DNA of 55,177 nucleotides from an uncultured Gemmatimonadaceae bacterium (GTDB lineage: Bacteria > Gemmatimonadota > Gemmatimonadetes > Gemmatimonadales > Gemmatimonadaceae). The notes beneath the pieces are model-generated. The model had not been told where the DNA came from and ran no database searches. It worked only from the letters and a program-made list of their open reading frames with translations. Shown piece after piece: positions 20,238 through 31,483 of the stretch; the stretch's first letter is position 1, and every line of letters starts with the position of its first letter. The translations under genes were made by a program, and so were the position numbers. Location: contig CAVVTZ010000013.1 of the NCBI GenBank assembly GCA_963751275.1, positions 1-55,177 of the forward strand, given 5' to 3'.

Positions 20238-21154
20238 TCAGAACCACAGCACCTGATACCCGATCGCCGATCGTCTGGAACTTCGATCCGACGCGCGCGC
20301 TCGCGCCGTCGGACCAGTTCAATTTCACCTGCTGCCCCTTCGCGACCGTGAGGGCCGCGATGAGGCCAATGCGCGTGTTGTCCTGCCGCGCCGTGGTCGG
20401 GCCGCCGTCCTGCTGCGTGCCGCCGCCGGCATAGTACGTGGCGTCCGCCGCGACCCAGATCCATCTCGCGAACGTGTAGCTCACATGCGCCTGAAGCGAC
20501 GTGAGCGGATCCTGCGTCCGCTTGCTCGTTCCCGGGTAGAAGTCGTAGTTCGGAGCGAAGAACCACACGCCGGCGTAGAGGTCCAGATAGAGTTTTCGAT
20601 CGAAATTGTATGACGCGCCGACCTCCGGCTTCCACGCCCAGCGGTTCGTCCCGACGTTGATCAAGTGCTGCGGGTCGTACTGCCCGGTCGGCACGACGGC
20701 GGCGAGACTTGCGCCGAGGATGAAGCGGTGCGCGGGCGTCTTCATGAACTCGGGCGCCGTCAGCGCCGGGCTGCCGACGATGTTCAGCGAGACCTTGAGC
20801 CGGGCGTCGCCGATGCCCTCGCGGTTGATCGCGCTATCCGCGGCGCCGCCGACCGAGCCGGTGAGATATCCCGTCACATAGGGGATCGCCGCGCTGAACA
20901 GCCCCTGCATGTGCCCGATCGCAAAGGTGTGCCCGTACCCCACCGTGACGGCGCGAATGTCGGCGTGCACGTTCGTGATCGGGATCGACGGATCGAAGAT
21001 CACGGCGCCGGTGGAGAGCCCCCACGCGACGATCGCGAAGTTCGCGCCGACGGGGACGCGGAGTACGACCGGGGTTCGAGCTCTTGGGCGGCGGCACAAA
21101 CAGCGGTGATGCTGACAAGGGCCACGGCAAAACGGCATGACAGGAAATTCGCAT
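20238..21154 (-). CDS. Outer-membrane channel of the putative MetA-pathway-of-phenol-degradation family; frameshifted
   Basis: QELEPRSYS, GIGDARL, PTGQYD..LINVGTNRW, C-terminal YQVLWF. Confidence 0.8.
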
Positions 21155-21200
21155 GGAGGATAATGTCCCGCGCACGCTCGCGGCGAAAGGCCGCGGGACT

Positions 21201-21330
21201 GCTCAGTCGTTGGTCGTACGCGTTTGGTCCGCGGCATGACAACTGATGGCGTACGACTCGCGAGCTCGCTCTCGCGCCATGCCATTCGTTGTCATGCCGC
21301 GGACCAAACGCGTACGACCAACGACTGAGC
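21201..21330. repeat. Perfect 43-bp inverted repeat with a 44-bp spacer
   Basis: gctcagtcgttggtcgtacgcgtttggtccgcggcatgacaac (21201-21243) and its exact reverse complement (21288-21330). Confidence 0.92.
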
Positions 21331-21332
21331 CG

Positions 21333-21764
21333 TTACGCGGAGAGCAGCCTCTCCAGCACGATCCGCCGCTTCACGATATCCGCGAGCGTCACGTCATCCA
21401 GCACGGCCAGGAACGCGCGCAGCGCCTTATCGAGCGTCTTGGCGAGAGCGCACGCCGGCGCGATCGGGCATTGGTTCGTCTCGGGGGTGAAGCACTCCAC
21501 CAGCGCGAAGCTCTCCTCGAGCTGCCGCACCACCGCGCCGATGCCGATCCGCACCGGGTCGCGCGCCAGCCGTACGCCGCCGGAGCGCCCGCGCTGCGTG
21601 ATGACGAACCCCTCCGCCGCGAGCCGGTGCACCACCTTGAACAGATGGTCCTCCGAGATCCGCATGCGCCGCGCGATCTCCGTCACGGTCAGCGCGTCAT
21701 TGGGATGCAGCGCGAGCAGCGTGAGACATTGCAGCGCGAAGTCGGTATGGCGAGTGAGGCGCAC
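21333..21764 (-). CDS. nsrR: Rrf2-family Fe-S transcriptional regulator, NsrR-like
   Basis: (V)RLTRHTDFAL, HLFKVV, RGRSGG, LVECF...C.IAPAC three-Cys motif typical of NsrR. Confidence 0.8.
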   Translation of the reverse strand: MRLTRHTDFALQCLTLLALHPNDALTVTEIARRMRISEDHLFKVVHRLAAEGFVITQRGRSGGVRLARDPVRIGIGAVVRQLEESFALVECFTPETNQCPIAPACALAKTLDKALRAFLAVLDDVTLADIVKRRIVLERLLSA

Positions 21765-21829
21765 GGGCAGCTCCGGTTCGGCCGGTGAGGGAAATCCCGA
21801 CAGCGCGTCAGGAAGGGTCCGGATTTCCA

Positions 21830-21852
21830 AAGTCGTATCTTACATGCAACAT
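21830..21852. promoter_or_regulatory. Candidate NsrR operator (11-1-11 imperfect inverted repeat)
   Basis: AAGTCGTATCT-T-ACATGCAACAT; each half matches AAGATGYATTT at 8/11; AT-rich patch between divergent nsrR and nosZ. Confidence 0.55.
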
Positions 21853-21930
21853 ATATCCGTCATGCGATCCGTCAATCGGGAATGCACGCCGCTCCGGTCC
21901 AACCCGCTCCACATCCATGAGGTCACCACC

Positions 21931-23935
21931 ATGTCCACCTCGTTCCGCACCCGTTCCCTGGCCTTCGCGGCCGCCTTCGCGGCGGTGATCGGCGTCGGCT
22001 ACGCCTGCGCGCCGCGGCAGGGATCCCCTTCCCTCGTCAGCAGCGACGCCGCGTCGAAGGTCTATGTCGCCCCGGGCAGCTACGATGAGTTCTACGCCTT
22101 CCTCTCCAGGCGGCTTCAGCGGCCAGGTGGCCGTGTACGGCCTCCCCTCCGGACGCCTCCTCAAGGTGATCCCCGTCTTCTCGGTGTTCCCGGAGAACGG
22201 CTACGGCTACAACGAGGAGACGAAGAACATGCTCAACACCTCCTACGGCTTCATCCCGTGGGATGATGCGCACCACACCGCGCTCTCGCAGACCGACGGC
22301 ATCGATGACGGCCGCTGGCTCTTCATCAACGGGAACAATACGCCGCGCATCGCCCGGATCGATCTCACCACGATGGAGACCGACGAGATCATCGAGATCC
22401 CGAACGCGGCCGGCAACCATGGGTCGCCCTTCATCACCCCGAACTCCGAATACGCCGTCTCGAGCATGCGCTTCTCGGTGCCGGTGCCCAACGCCGACGT
22501 GCCGATCTCCTCGTTCAAGCAGAACTTCAAGGGCCAGATCTCCTTCGTCCGTGCCAACGAACCCGGCAAGATGGCCATCGCGTTCCAGATCCTCGTGCCC
22601 GCCTTCGACTACGACCTGGCGCGCGCGGGCAAAGGCCCCAGCGATGGCTGGATGTTCCTGACGACGTACAACACGGAACAGGCGCACTCGCTTCTCGAGG
22701 TCAATGCCTCGCAGAACGACAAGGATTTCGTGGCCGCGGTCAACTGGCGGGCGTTCGAGAGCTGCGTGAAGGCCGGCAAGGGCAAGAGCACTCCGGCCGA
22801 CTACGTGCACAACGTGATGGACTCCGCCACGCGCACCGCGCGCACCGAAAAGGTGACCAGCGTCTGGCAGATCGCGCCCAAGGATTGCCCGGGCTCCATG
22901 TACCTGCTGCCCACCGCCAAGTCGCCGCATGGCGCCGATGTCGATCCCAGCGGCGAGTACATCGTCGCGGGCGGCAAGCTTGCGGCGATCGTGACGGTGC
23001 ACTCCTTCTCCAAGATGCAGAAGGCGATCGCCGACAAGGCGTACGAAGGAGAGGTGGAGGGGATTCCCGTCCTGCGCTACGACGCCACGGTCGCCGGCGA
23101 GGTGAAGAGTGGCGGCCTGGGCCCGTTGCACACCGAGTTCGACGGCAACGGCTACGCCTACACCTCGTTCTTCATCTCCTCCGAGATCGTGAAGTGGAAG
23201 CTCGGCACGTGGGAAGTCGTGGATCGCGTGCCCACCTACTATTCCATTGGCCACCTGATGATCCCCGGCGGCGGCACCCGCAAGCCGATCGGGAAGTACG
23301 TCGTGGCGCTCAATAAGATCACGAAGGACCGCTATCTCCCCACCGGTCCCGAGCTGGCGCAGAGCGCCCAGCTGTACGACATCACCGGCCCGAAGATGAA
23401 GCTCCTGCTCGATTTCCCCACGATCGGCGAGCCGCACTACGGCAACGCGATCCTCGCGTCCACGATCCGCGACAAGCAGGTGAAGTTCTTCAAGCTCGCG
23501 GAGAACAGGAATCCCATGGTGTCACGCTCCGAGAAGGAGACGGGCGTGAGCCGTGACGGAAAGGTGGTGCACGTGCGCATGACGTCCATCCGCTCGCACT
23601 TCTCGCCCGACAACATCGAGGGCGTGATGCTCGGCGACACCGTGTACTTCCACGTCACGAACCTCGAGCAGGACTGGGATATCCCGCATGGCTTCGCGGT
23701 GGAAGGCAACCGGAACGCCGAGCTCCTCGTGATGCCGGGCGAAACGAAGACGCTCAAGTGGGTCCCGCTGCGGATCGGCATCTATCCGTTCTACTGCACC
23801 GATTTCTGCTCCGCGCTCCATCAGGAAATGCAGGGCTACATCCGCGTGTCGGCGCCCGGCAGCAATGTCGCGCTCAGCGGCACGCTCTCGAAGGGTCCGG
23901 AACCGCGTGATGCGGCCGGCGGCGCCAAGAAATAA
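21931..23935 (+). CDS. nosZ: Clade II (Sec-dependent) nitrous-oxide reductase; one frameshift near 22107
   Basis: No twin-Arg motif, lipobox-like VGYAC; CuZ His motifs DDAHH, GNHG, SPHG, GPLH, EPH; CuA HGF...CTDFCSALHQEM. Confidence 0.97.
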
Positions 23936-23943
23936 CTCTCACC

Positions 23944-23980
23944 GCGCGCGGGCGGGGCGCTCCGGCGTCCCGCCCCGCGC
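23944..23980 (+). other. GC-rich hairpin after nosZ with no U-tract (possible mRNA stabiliser)
   Basis: gcgcgggcggggcgc-tccg-gcgtcccgccccgcgc. Confidence 0.4.
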
Positions 23981-24011
23981 CCAAGGGCCGGCAACGGCCA
24001 CCGGAGACCCC

Positions 24012-25028
24012 GTGTCACGCACCTCACGCCTGCTCGTCGCCTTCGCCGCGCTGCTCATGTGTTCGGCGTTCGCGCTGCCCCTCTGGCGGATCTCGCTGAT
24101 CGCGCCGCAATACCCGGAAGGGCTCGGCATGCTCATCCGGATCTCCGACGTGACCGGCGCCAAGGAAGGCGATCTCCAGAGCATCAATGGGCTCAATCAC
24201 TACATCGGCATGAAGGTCATCCAGCCCGATGCGATCCCCGAGTTGCGCTTCATGCCGTGGATCCTCGGCGCGCTCATCCTCTCGGCGCTGCTCGTGGCGC
24301 TCCTCGGCAACCGCAAGGTGTTCATCGGATGGTCCGTGGTCTTCGCGGCCACGCTCGGCGCCGGGCTCGCCGACTACTGGAAGTGGGGCTACGACTACGG
24401 TCACGACCTCAATCCCGACGCGATCATCAAGATCGAGGGCATGACGTACCAGCCGCCGCTCATTGGCTCGAAGCAGCTGCTCAACTTCGTCGCCACGTCG
24501 TGGCCGGCGTCCGGCGGCTGGCTGCTCGTGATCGCCAGCCTGATCGTCGCGGCCGCGCTCTTCATGGCCGCCGCGCCCAAGCGGCTGCGGCTGCACGCGC
24601 TCGCGATCCTCGGTCTGGCCGCGTGCACCGCGAGCGGACCCCAGCCGATCGCGCTCAACCAGGACAGCTGCGACTTCTGCCGCATGACGATCTCGGATGC
24701 GCGCTACGGGGGAGAGACCATCACCACCACCGGGCGCATCCAGAAGTTCAATGGCATCGAGTGCCTCGCGGGATTCATGCGCGCCGCACCGGCCGGCGCG
24801 ATCCGCGGTGCGTGGGTGATCGACCTGCAGCATCCGGGCACGTTCGTCCCCGTGGAGCAGGCCGGCTTCCTCAAGGCGAACCTCATGCACAGCCCCATGG
24901 GCAAATCGCTCGTCGGATTCTCCAGCGCGAGGGCGGCGGAGGAACAGCGTGCCCTGCTCGGGGGCCGCACGATGACGTGGGCCGAGGTGCTGGCGGACTC
25001 CGCGCCCGCGGGAGCGCGCGGCCTGTGA
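24012..25028 (+). CDS. nosL: NosB-like membrane domain fused to the NosL copper chaperone
   Basis: PLWRISLIAPQYPEGL, NGLNHYIGM, YQPPLIGSKQLLNF (NosB), then LAAC, CDFCRMTI, SPMG (NosL); GGAGA before GTG 24012. Confidence 0.88.
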   Translation: MSRTSRLLVAFAALLMCSAFALPLWRISLIAPQYPEGLGMLIRISDVTGAKEGDLQSINGLNHYIGMKVIQPDAIPELRFMPWILGALILSALLVALLGNRKVFIGWSVVFAATLGAGLADYWKWGYDYGHDLNPDAIIKIEGMTYQPPLIGSKQLLNFVATSWPASGGWLLVIASLIVAAALFMAAAPKRLRLHALAILGLAACTASGPQPIALNQDSCDFCRMTISDARYGGETITTTGRIQKFNGIECLAGFMRAAPAGAIRGAWVIDLQHPGTFVPVEQAGFLKANLMHSPMGKSLVGFSSARAAEEQRALLGGRTMTWAEVLADSAPAGARGL

Positions 25029-26275
25029 TGCGCCGGCCCCTGCTCGCCGCGTTGATCGCGCTCGCGCTGCCCGCGGCGGCGCAGGGTCGCGACATCATCG
25101 TGGACCCGGGCGGGCCGGTGCGCACGGTCACCGCGGCGCTCGCCACCGCCCGCGCCGGCGACCGGATCCTCATCGACTCCGGCACCTACCGCGAGCCCAC
25201 GATCGAAGTGCGCACGCCGCGGCTCACCATCCAGGGGCGCGGTTGGCCCGTGCTCGACGGCGACAATGCGCGCACCGTGATGCTCATCCTGGCCGACAGC
25301 GTCACCGTCCGCGGGCTGGTCGTCGCGCACACGGGTGTCGCGAACATCGAGGACCGCGCGGGCATCCGCGTGCAGAACGCCGCCGGCTGCCTCATCGAGG
25401 AGAACCGCCTGCGCGATAACCTCTTCGGCATCTATCTCCAGAGCGCCAGCGGCTGCACGGTCCGCCACAACGACATCACGGCGCACGGCCTCTCGCAGAG
25501 CTCGAGCGGCAATGGCATCCATCTCTGGTATTCCCCGCACGCGCTCATCGAACGGAACCACGTCGACGGCCAGCGCGACGGGATCTACTTCGAGTTCTCG
25601 CAGCACGGCGTCACGCGCTACAACGTGAGCGAGCACAGTCAGCGTTACGGACTGCACTTCATGTTCTCCGACTCGTGCCGCTACGAGCACAACACGTTTC
25701 GCGACAACAATTCGGGCGTCGCGGTAATGTACAGCCGCGGGATCGTGATGCACGCGAACCGCTTCGAGAATTCCTCGGGCGGCGCGGCGTACGGGCTGCT
25801 GCTCAAGGAGATCCTGGGCGGCGAGATCTCCAACAATGTGTTCGTGCGCAATTCCACCGGGATCTATCTCAATGGATCATCGCGGCTGGCCGTGCGCGCG
25901 AACGATTTCCTCCAGAACGGCTGGGCGGTGCGTCTCCTTGGCAACTCCGAGGAGGATGTGTTCACCGGCAACCGCTTCGCCGGCAACGCGTTCAATGTCA
26001 GCACCAACTCCACGGCCACGACGTCCTCCTTCGACGGCAACTGGTGGGACGCCTACCGCGGCTACGACCTCGACCGCGATGGCACCGGCGATGTGCCCTT
26101 CTATCCGGTGCGCCTCTTCGCGCTTGTGGTGGAGCAGCATCCGCCGTCGCTCGTGCTCCTGCGCAGCCCGATGGTGGGGATGCTCGACGCCGCCGAGCGT
26201 GTCTTTCCCGTGCTCACGCCGGCCGCGCTCGTGGACCGGCATCCCCTCATGCACAGTCCCCGGGTGGACCCGTGA
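25028..26275 (+). CDS. nosD: Periplasmic maturation protein NosD
   Basis: GNGIHLWYS, RDGIYFEFS, RYGLHFMFS, GNWWDAYRGYDLDRDGTGD. Confidence 0.95.
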   Translation: MRRPLLAALIALALPAAAQGRDIIVDPGGPVRTVTAALATARAGDRILIDSGTYREPTIEVRTPRLTIQGRGWPVLDGDNARTVMLILADSVTVRGLVVAHTGVANIEDRAGIRVQNAAGCLIEENRLRDNLFGIYLQSASGCTVRHNDITAHGLSQSSSGNGIHLWYSPHALIERNHVDGQRDGIYFEFSQHGVTRYNVSEHSQRYGLHFMFSDSCRYEHNTFRDNNSGVAVMYSRGIVMHANRFENSSGGAAYGLLLKEILGGEISNNVFVRNSTGIYLNGSSRLAVRANDFLQNGWAVRLLGNSEEDVFTGNRFAGNAFNVSTNSTATTSSFDGNWWDAYRGYDLDRDGTGDVPFYPVRLFALVVEQHPPSLVLLRSPMVGMLDAAERVFPVLTPAALVDRHPLMHSPRVDP

Positions 26276-27049
26276 TCGATCTGACCAACGTGCGCAAACG
26301 CTTCGGCTCGCTCGAAGTGCTGCGCGACATCTCGCTCAGCGTGCGCCCCGGCGCCGTGACGGCGCTCGTCGGCCCGAACGGTTCGGGCAAGACGACGCTG
26401 ATCAAGATCGTCCTCGGCCTCACCCGCCCCGACACCGGCGCGGTGCAGCTGGACGGCGTGCCCGCCGACGCGCGCGGCGACTACCGGCGCGCACTCGGCT
26501 ACATGCCGCAGGCGGCGCGCTTTCCCGAGAACCTCACCGTGCGCGACGTGATCGCGCTCGTCGCGGCGCTGCGTCCCGGCGCCGGGCGCGATGAGGAACT
26601 GATCAGCGCCTTCGGCCTCGCGGGCGAGATGGACAAGAAGATGGGCACGCTCTCGGGCGGCACGCGCCAGAAGGTGAATGCCGCGATCGCCTTCCTCTTC
26701 CGTCCGCGGATCCTGATCCTCGACGAGCCCACGGCCGGCCTCGATCCGGTGGCGAGCGGGATCCTGAAGGCGCGGATCCGCCGGGCGCGCGAGAGTGGAT
26801 GCACCGTGATCATCACGTCGCACGTGCTCACCGAGCTCGAGGAGCTCGCCGATGACGTCGCCTTCCTCTGCGATGGCACGCTGCGCTTCGCCGGCAGCGT
26901 CGCCGAGTTGCTGGCGCACACCGGAGAGGAGCGGCTGGAGCCGGCGATCGCGTCGCTGATGCTCTCGGAGCGCAGCCGCTTCGCCGCGGCGATCGCGGGC
27001 GCGTCCGGCGGCGAACCTCGGACGCGCGCTGGCGCCGGAGGCCGCATGA
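26272..27049 (+). CDS. nosF: ABC ATPase NosF
   Basis: GPNGSGKT, LSGGTRQK, LILDEP; GTGA overlap with nosD; 3' end probably frameshifted. Confidence 0.9.
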
Positions 27050-27835
27050 AGATCGTCGCCCTCGTGCTCGAAGCCGGCCTGCGCGATCTCGCGCGCAACC
27101 GCTGGATCGCGGCGTACGCCGCGGGCTTCATGCTGATCGCCGGCGGGTTGTTCTGGTTCGGCGGCACCGGCCCGCAGGTGGTGCTCAGCATGCTGAACAT
27201 CGTGCTGCTCGTGGTGCCGCTGGTCGCACTCGTGTTCGGGGCGATCCACGTGTACGCGTCACGCGAATTCGTGGAGCTGCTGCTCGCGCAGCCCGTGCCA
27301 CGTGGCCAGCTCTTCGCGGGTCTCTACCTGGGACTCGCGCTGCCGCTGGCCGGCGCGTTCGCCGTGGGCGCCGGCGTTCCGTTCGCCTTCCACGCGCATT
27401 CGGGCGCGGGCGCCGGCGCGATCGATCGCGCTGTTCGCCGCCGGCATCGGACTCACGTTCACCTTCTCCGCCGTCGCCACCTGGATCGCGCTGCGCACCG
27501 ATGACCGTCTCAAGGGCGTGGGTCTCGCGCTCGGCGTCTGGCTCATGGCCACCGTGGTGTACGACGGCCTCGTGCTCGCCGCCGCGGCGGCGTTCGGCGA
27601 CTGGCCGCTCGAAAAGCCGCTGCTGGCGCTCATGATGCTGAACCCCGTGGATCTCGCACGGGTGCTCGTGCTCACGCAACTCGACGTGCCCGCGCTCATG
27701 GGCTACACGGGCGCGCTGTTCGAGCACACCTTCGGCACGCCGATCGGCGTGAGCGTGGCCGTCATCGTGCTCGCCACGTGGTGTGCCGTTCCGATCCTGC
27801 TCGCCGCGCGGACGTTCCAGCTCCGCGATTTCTAG
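27046..27835 (+). CDS. nosY: ABC permease NosY; frameshift near 27400
   Basis: GGAGG before ATG; SREFVELLLAQP, LNPVDLARV, ALMGYTGA. Confidence 0.9.
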
Positions 27836-27870
27836 ACCGATCACTCACCCGCCGCACCTGAGGAGACCGC

Positions 27871-28294
27871 ATGCATAGCATCATTCGCACTTCCGCCGTC
27901 GCCGCGCTCGTCGCCATCGCCGCCTGCGGCGGCGAGAAGAAGCCCGCCGAGAGCGCGCCGCCGGCCGCCGCCGGCCCCGCCACGCCCTGCCCGACGTGCA
28001 AGGTCATTGACGTCACGGTGACCACGGATGCGAAGGGGAATTACTTCACTCCCGCCGAATTCGAAGCGCACGAAGGCGACGTCATGCACGTGTCGCTCGT
28101 CGTCGGTGTCCACAACGTGCACTTCCTCCCCGATTCGAATCCTGGCAAGTCGAATCTTCCGCCCGCTTCGGAACTGCTGCAGCTCCCGGGGCAGAGTGTC
28201 GACATTCCCGCTCAACTTCGGCAAAGGGAAGTTCTATTTTCAGTGCGACCCGCACGCGGCGCTGGGCATGAAGGGGCACGTGACGGTCGAGTAG
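27871..28294 (+). CDS. Plastocyanin/halocyanin-like blue copper lipoprotein; frameshift near 28210
   Basis: Lipobox IAAC; HNV and C-DPH-AALGM type-1 Cu ligands. Confidence 0.85.
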
Positions 28295-28404
28295 GGTGTA
28301 GAACGACATCGCTGAGCCGGTCGCGGCGCCGCCGTCGTGCTCGCCGCCTTGACGTGCTCACACGCTGCGAGACTCGCGCGTAGCGTGCGCGAGGCTGGCA
28401 GCGT

Positions 28405-28460
28405 CGGGAAACGGGAGGGAGTAGTCACTACTTGCTCCCGTTTCCCGTTTCCCGTATCCC
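28405..28460. repeat. Hairpin with CGGGAAA/TTTCCCG heptamers
   Basis: cgggaaacgggag...ctcccgtttcccgtttcccgtatccc. Confidence 0.6.
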
Positions 28461-28505
28461 CTCCTGCAGCGTAGTCTGCCGGACGAACTCAAACCACCCG
28501 CGACC

Positions 28506-28898
28506 ATGTCCCTGCCAAAGATCACGCAACTCACGCCCGTGCTGATCGTGCCCGACGTCGAACCCTGCATCGCCTTCTGGGCCGACCGACTCGGCTTCGC
28601 CGTGGAGAACCAGGTGCCCGGCCCCGACGGCAAATTGATATTCGCGAGCGCGAAGAAGGATGGCATCGAGGTGATGTACCAGACGCGCGCGAGCGTGCTC
28701 GCCGAGCGCCCCGACGCCGCGGCCGATGTCCTGGGCAATTCCACGGTGCTCTTCCTGAGCGTCGATGACATCGACGCCGCCGAGCGCGCCATGCAGGGCG
28801 CACCGATCGTCAAACCGCGGCACACGACTTTCTACGGTTCGACGGAATTCTATGTGCGCGAGCCGGGAGGGAATGTGGTGGGGTTCGCGAAGTTCTGA
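28506..28898 (+). CDS. VOC/glyoxalase family protein
   Basis: PVLIVPDV...FWADRLGF, TFYGSTEFYVREPGGNVV. Confidence 0.88.
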   Translation: MSLPKITQLTPVLIVPDVEPCIAFWADRLGFAVENQVPGPDGKLIFASAKKDGIEVMYQTRASVLAERPDAAADVLGNSTVLFLSVDDIDAAERAMQGAPIVKPRHTTFYGSTEFYVREPGGNVVGFAKF

Positions 28899-28906
28899 AC
28901 GGCAGA

Positions 28907-28988
28907 TCGACGATTGACGACTGACGCCGACGCAACGCCTACGGGCATTCGTTTCGTAGGCGTAGACGTCAGTCGTCAGTCGTCAATC
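28907..28988. repeat. Family B palindrome
   Basis: gacgattgacgactgacgcc...cgcctacg..cgtaggcg...cgtcagtcgtcagtcgtcaatc. Confidence 0.8.
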
Positions 28989-29000
28989 CGCCGTTCGCAG

Positions 29001-29493
29001 TCAGCGGTACGCCTTCAACTCCGCCTCCGTCCACGGCGCCGTCCGGCTCGCCGTCGCGGCGCGAATCGCCGCCACCTGCGCCGGCGTCACCTGAGCGCCG
29101 TTGTTCCCCCACGCGCTGCGCTCGTAGTTGATCACGGCGGCGATGTCGCTGTCGCTCATCGCGGGGCCCTGCGCCGGCATCGTGTTGTTGAACTGCATTC
29201 CCTTCACCGTGAACGGGCCCGTCACGCCCTGCAGCACGATGCGGATGTGCGCGTCGGCCTTCCCGTTCACGATCTCCGATCCGGCGAGCGGCGGAAAGGT
29301 GTTCGGCAGACCGAGGCCCGTCGCCTGGTGGCACACCGCGCACACGGCGAATTGCGGCGCGGCAGCGGCCGGAGCGGCGGCCGGCGGCGCGGACGCCGTC
29401 GATGTGGCCGCGGACTGATCCTTCGAGCCGCCGCAGGCCGCCACCACCGCCAGGAACCCGAGTGACACGACCTGCCTGAGAATGATTCTGCAT
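29001..29493 (-). CDS. Class I c-type cytochrome lipoprotein (c552-like); start uncertain
   Basis: VAAC lipobox, CAVCH heme motif, FPPLAGS, distal Met NNTMP. Confidence 0.88.
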
Positions 29494-29668
29494 GAGATGA
29501 TCCTCCGTGATATGCGGACACCGATCTTGAGCGCGCAATTGTAGGCCATGCGACCCGTTTGCGCGAGACGGTCGCCCATTCGATGACAAGGGCGTCAACG
29601 GAACCACGCCGCCCGGCGTAGGTACAATGGGCACCGCTTCCCTTTACCCCGACAACGCGTTCTCGACC

Positions 29669-31419
29669 ATGCGCCGATTCATTTCCATCGCCGCGATCGC
29701 CGCTCTCGCCGCGTGCAGCGACAGCTCCAGCGGCCCGCAGACCCAGGCGGCGTGCCCGGCCGCCGATCTCATCGTGCTCGCGCCGCTGCAGGGCGTCACC
29801 GTGCCGGCCGATTCCGCGAACTGCATCGACATGGAGCCGGGAACGGGAACGTATGTGATCGTGCCGCAGCTGGCCGTGACGGCTCCCGACACCCAGCCGG
29901 TGTCGTATTCGATCGGCGCGAAGCCGCCCACGGCGCAGGACAACGCCCAGGCGAGCATCGTGATCCAGGGAACGCCCGCGCGATTCGGGCTCCGCGGAGC
30001 GCTCAACACCACCGCCCGGCGATTCGATCACATGCGCAGCGCGGCGGCGCGCCAGCTCGCGCACACGTTCGCGAGCGATCCGTCGATCCGCCGGGCGATC
30101 GAGGCCACGCGCGCGGCCGCCGTGTCGTTCAGCCCGCCGCCCGTCGGCTCGACGCGCGTCTTCCAGGTCTGCGGCGGCTTGAGCACCTGCACGCCGTTCA
30201 AGTCCGACACGGCCATCCTGAAATTCAGCCGGCACGAACATCCTGCTCTACCAGAGCGTGGATGCGCTCTCGGCTCCGTCCGGCTTCTCCGACCCGGAAT
30301 TGCAGGCGTTCGGCACGTGGATGGATGGCACGTTGTACACGATCGACGCGAACGCATTCGGGCCCACGAGCGACATCGATGCGAACGGCCACATCATCGT
30401 GCTGATGAGCCCCAAGGTGAACGCGATCACGCCCACCAACGTCTGCCAGCAATCGGGCTTCGTGGCCGGGTTCTTCTACGCCGGCGATCTCGTGCCGGGC
30501 TCGCAGGGATCGAACGACGGCGAGCTCTATTACTCGCTCGTACCCGATCCCTCGGGCACGTTCAGCTGCTCACACCAGAAGTCCGACGTCGGGGCGCTGA
30601 CCGGCGGCACCTATCTGCACGAGGTGCTGCACATGACGAATTGGGGCGAGAAGGTGATCATCCATGGGCTGGCGAACACGGAAGAGGAGTGGCTGGACGA
30701 GGGCGTGGCGAAGATCGCCGAGGAACTGGGCTCGAAGCACTACGAAGCGCTCTTCCCGCCGCCGACCGGCCGCACCGATCCGTCACAGCTGTTCCCCGAC
30801 TCCGCCGAGGGATTCATCGGCGGCGATCTCTACAATTCGTACTTCATGGGCCTCACGCCCAACGCATTCACGGCATTGATGACGCATCCCGAACGGGAGC
30901 CGCCTGGGCGATGCGGGCGCGGAGTGGGTCTTCCTGCGCTGGCTGGGCGATCAGAAGGGGGACGCGATCTTCGGATCGATCGTGCAGTCGGGGCTCACCG
31001 GCCAGGCGAATCTCGAGGCACAGGCGGGCGAGTCGTTCCCATTGCTCTTCGGCAAGGCGAGCATGGCCTTCTACACCGATAGTCTTGTGGGCGTCGCGCG
31101 CGCGTCGGTGCCGGCGCCGTATCACAATACCACGCGCAACTGGCGCCAGCTGTTCGATCGCGAGTTCACCGCCTCTGGCGGCCCGAACGCCGATTTCCCG
31201 CGCGATTTCGCGATCGCGCTCAAACCGCTCGCCGCGGGTTCGACCACGCAGTCCACGCTCCTCAAGGGCTCGATGGACTACTACGTCTTCACCGCCCCCG
31301 CCTCCGGTTCCACACAGCGCCTGCAATTCACGAAGACGGACGGCAGCCCGCTCTCCGCCTCGCTCGGCGCCCAGCTCACGGTCTTCCTCTGCCCGGTGGT
31401 GGCGGGCGTGTGCGAGTGA
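29669..31419 (+). CDS. Secreted lipoprotein with a gluzincin-like (M30-like) metallopeptidase domain; frameshifted
   Basis: LAAC lipobox; FGPTSDIDANG, GFFYAGDL, HEVLHM, WLDEG. Confidence 0.75.
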
Positions 31420-31483
31420 GACCGTGCCGCGCACCGCGTTCCTCGCCCTGGCGCGGCACGAGGAACGAGGCACGCGGAACGCG

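Noticed and set aside
26272..27835. Apparent NosF-NosY fusion in the ORF track
   Set aside because: GGAGG SD and ATGA at 27046-27049 indicate a separate coupled gene; the read-through is best explained by an indel in the nosF tail
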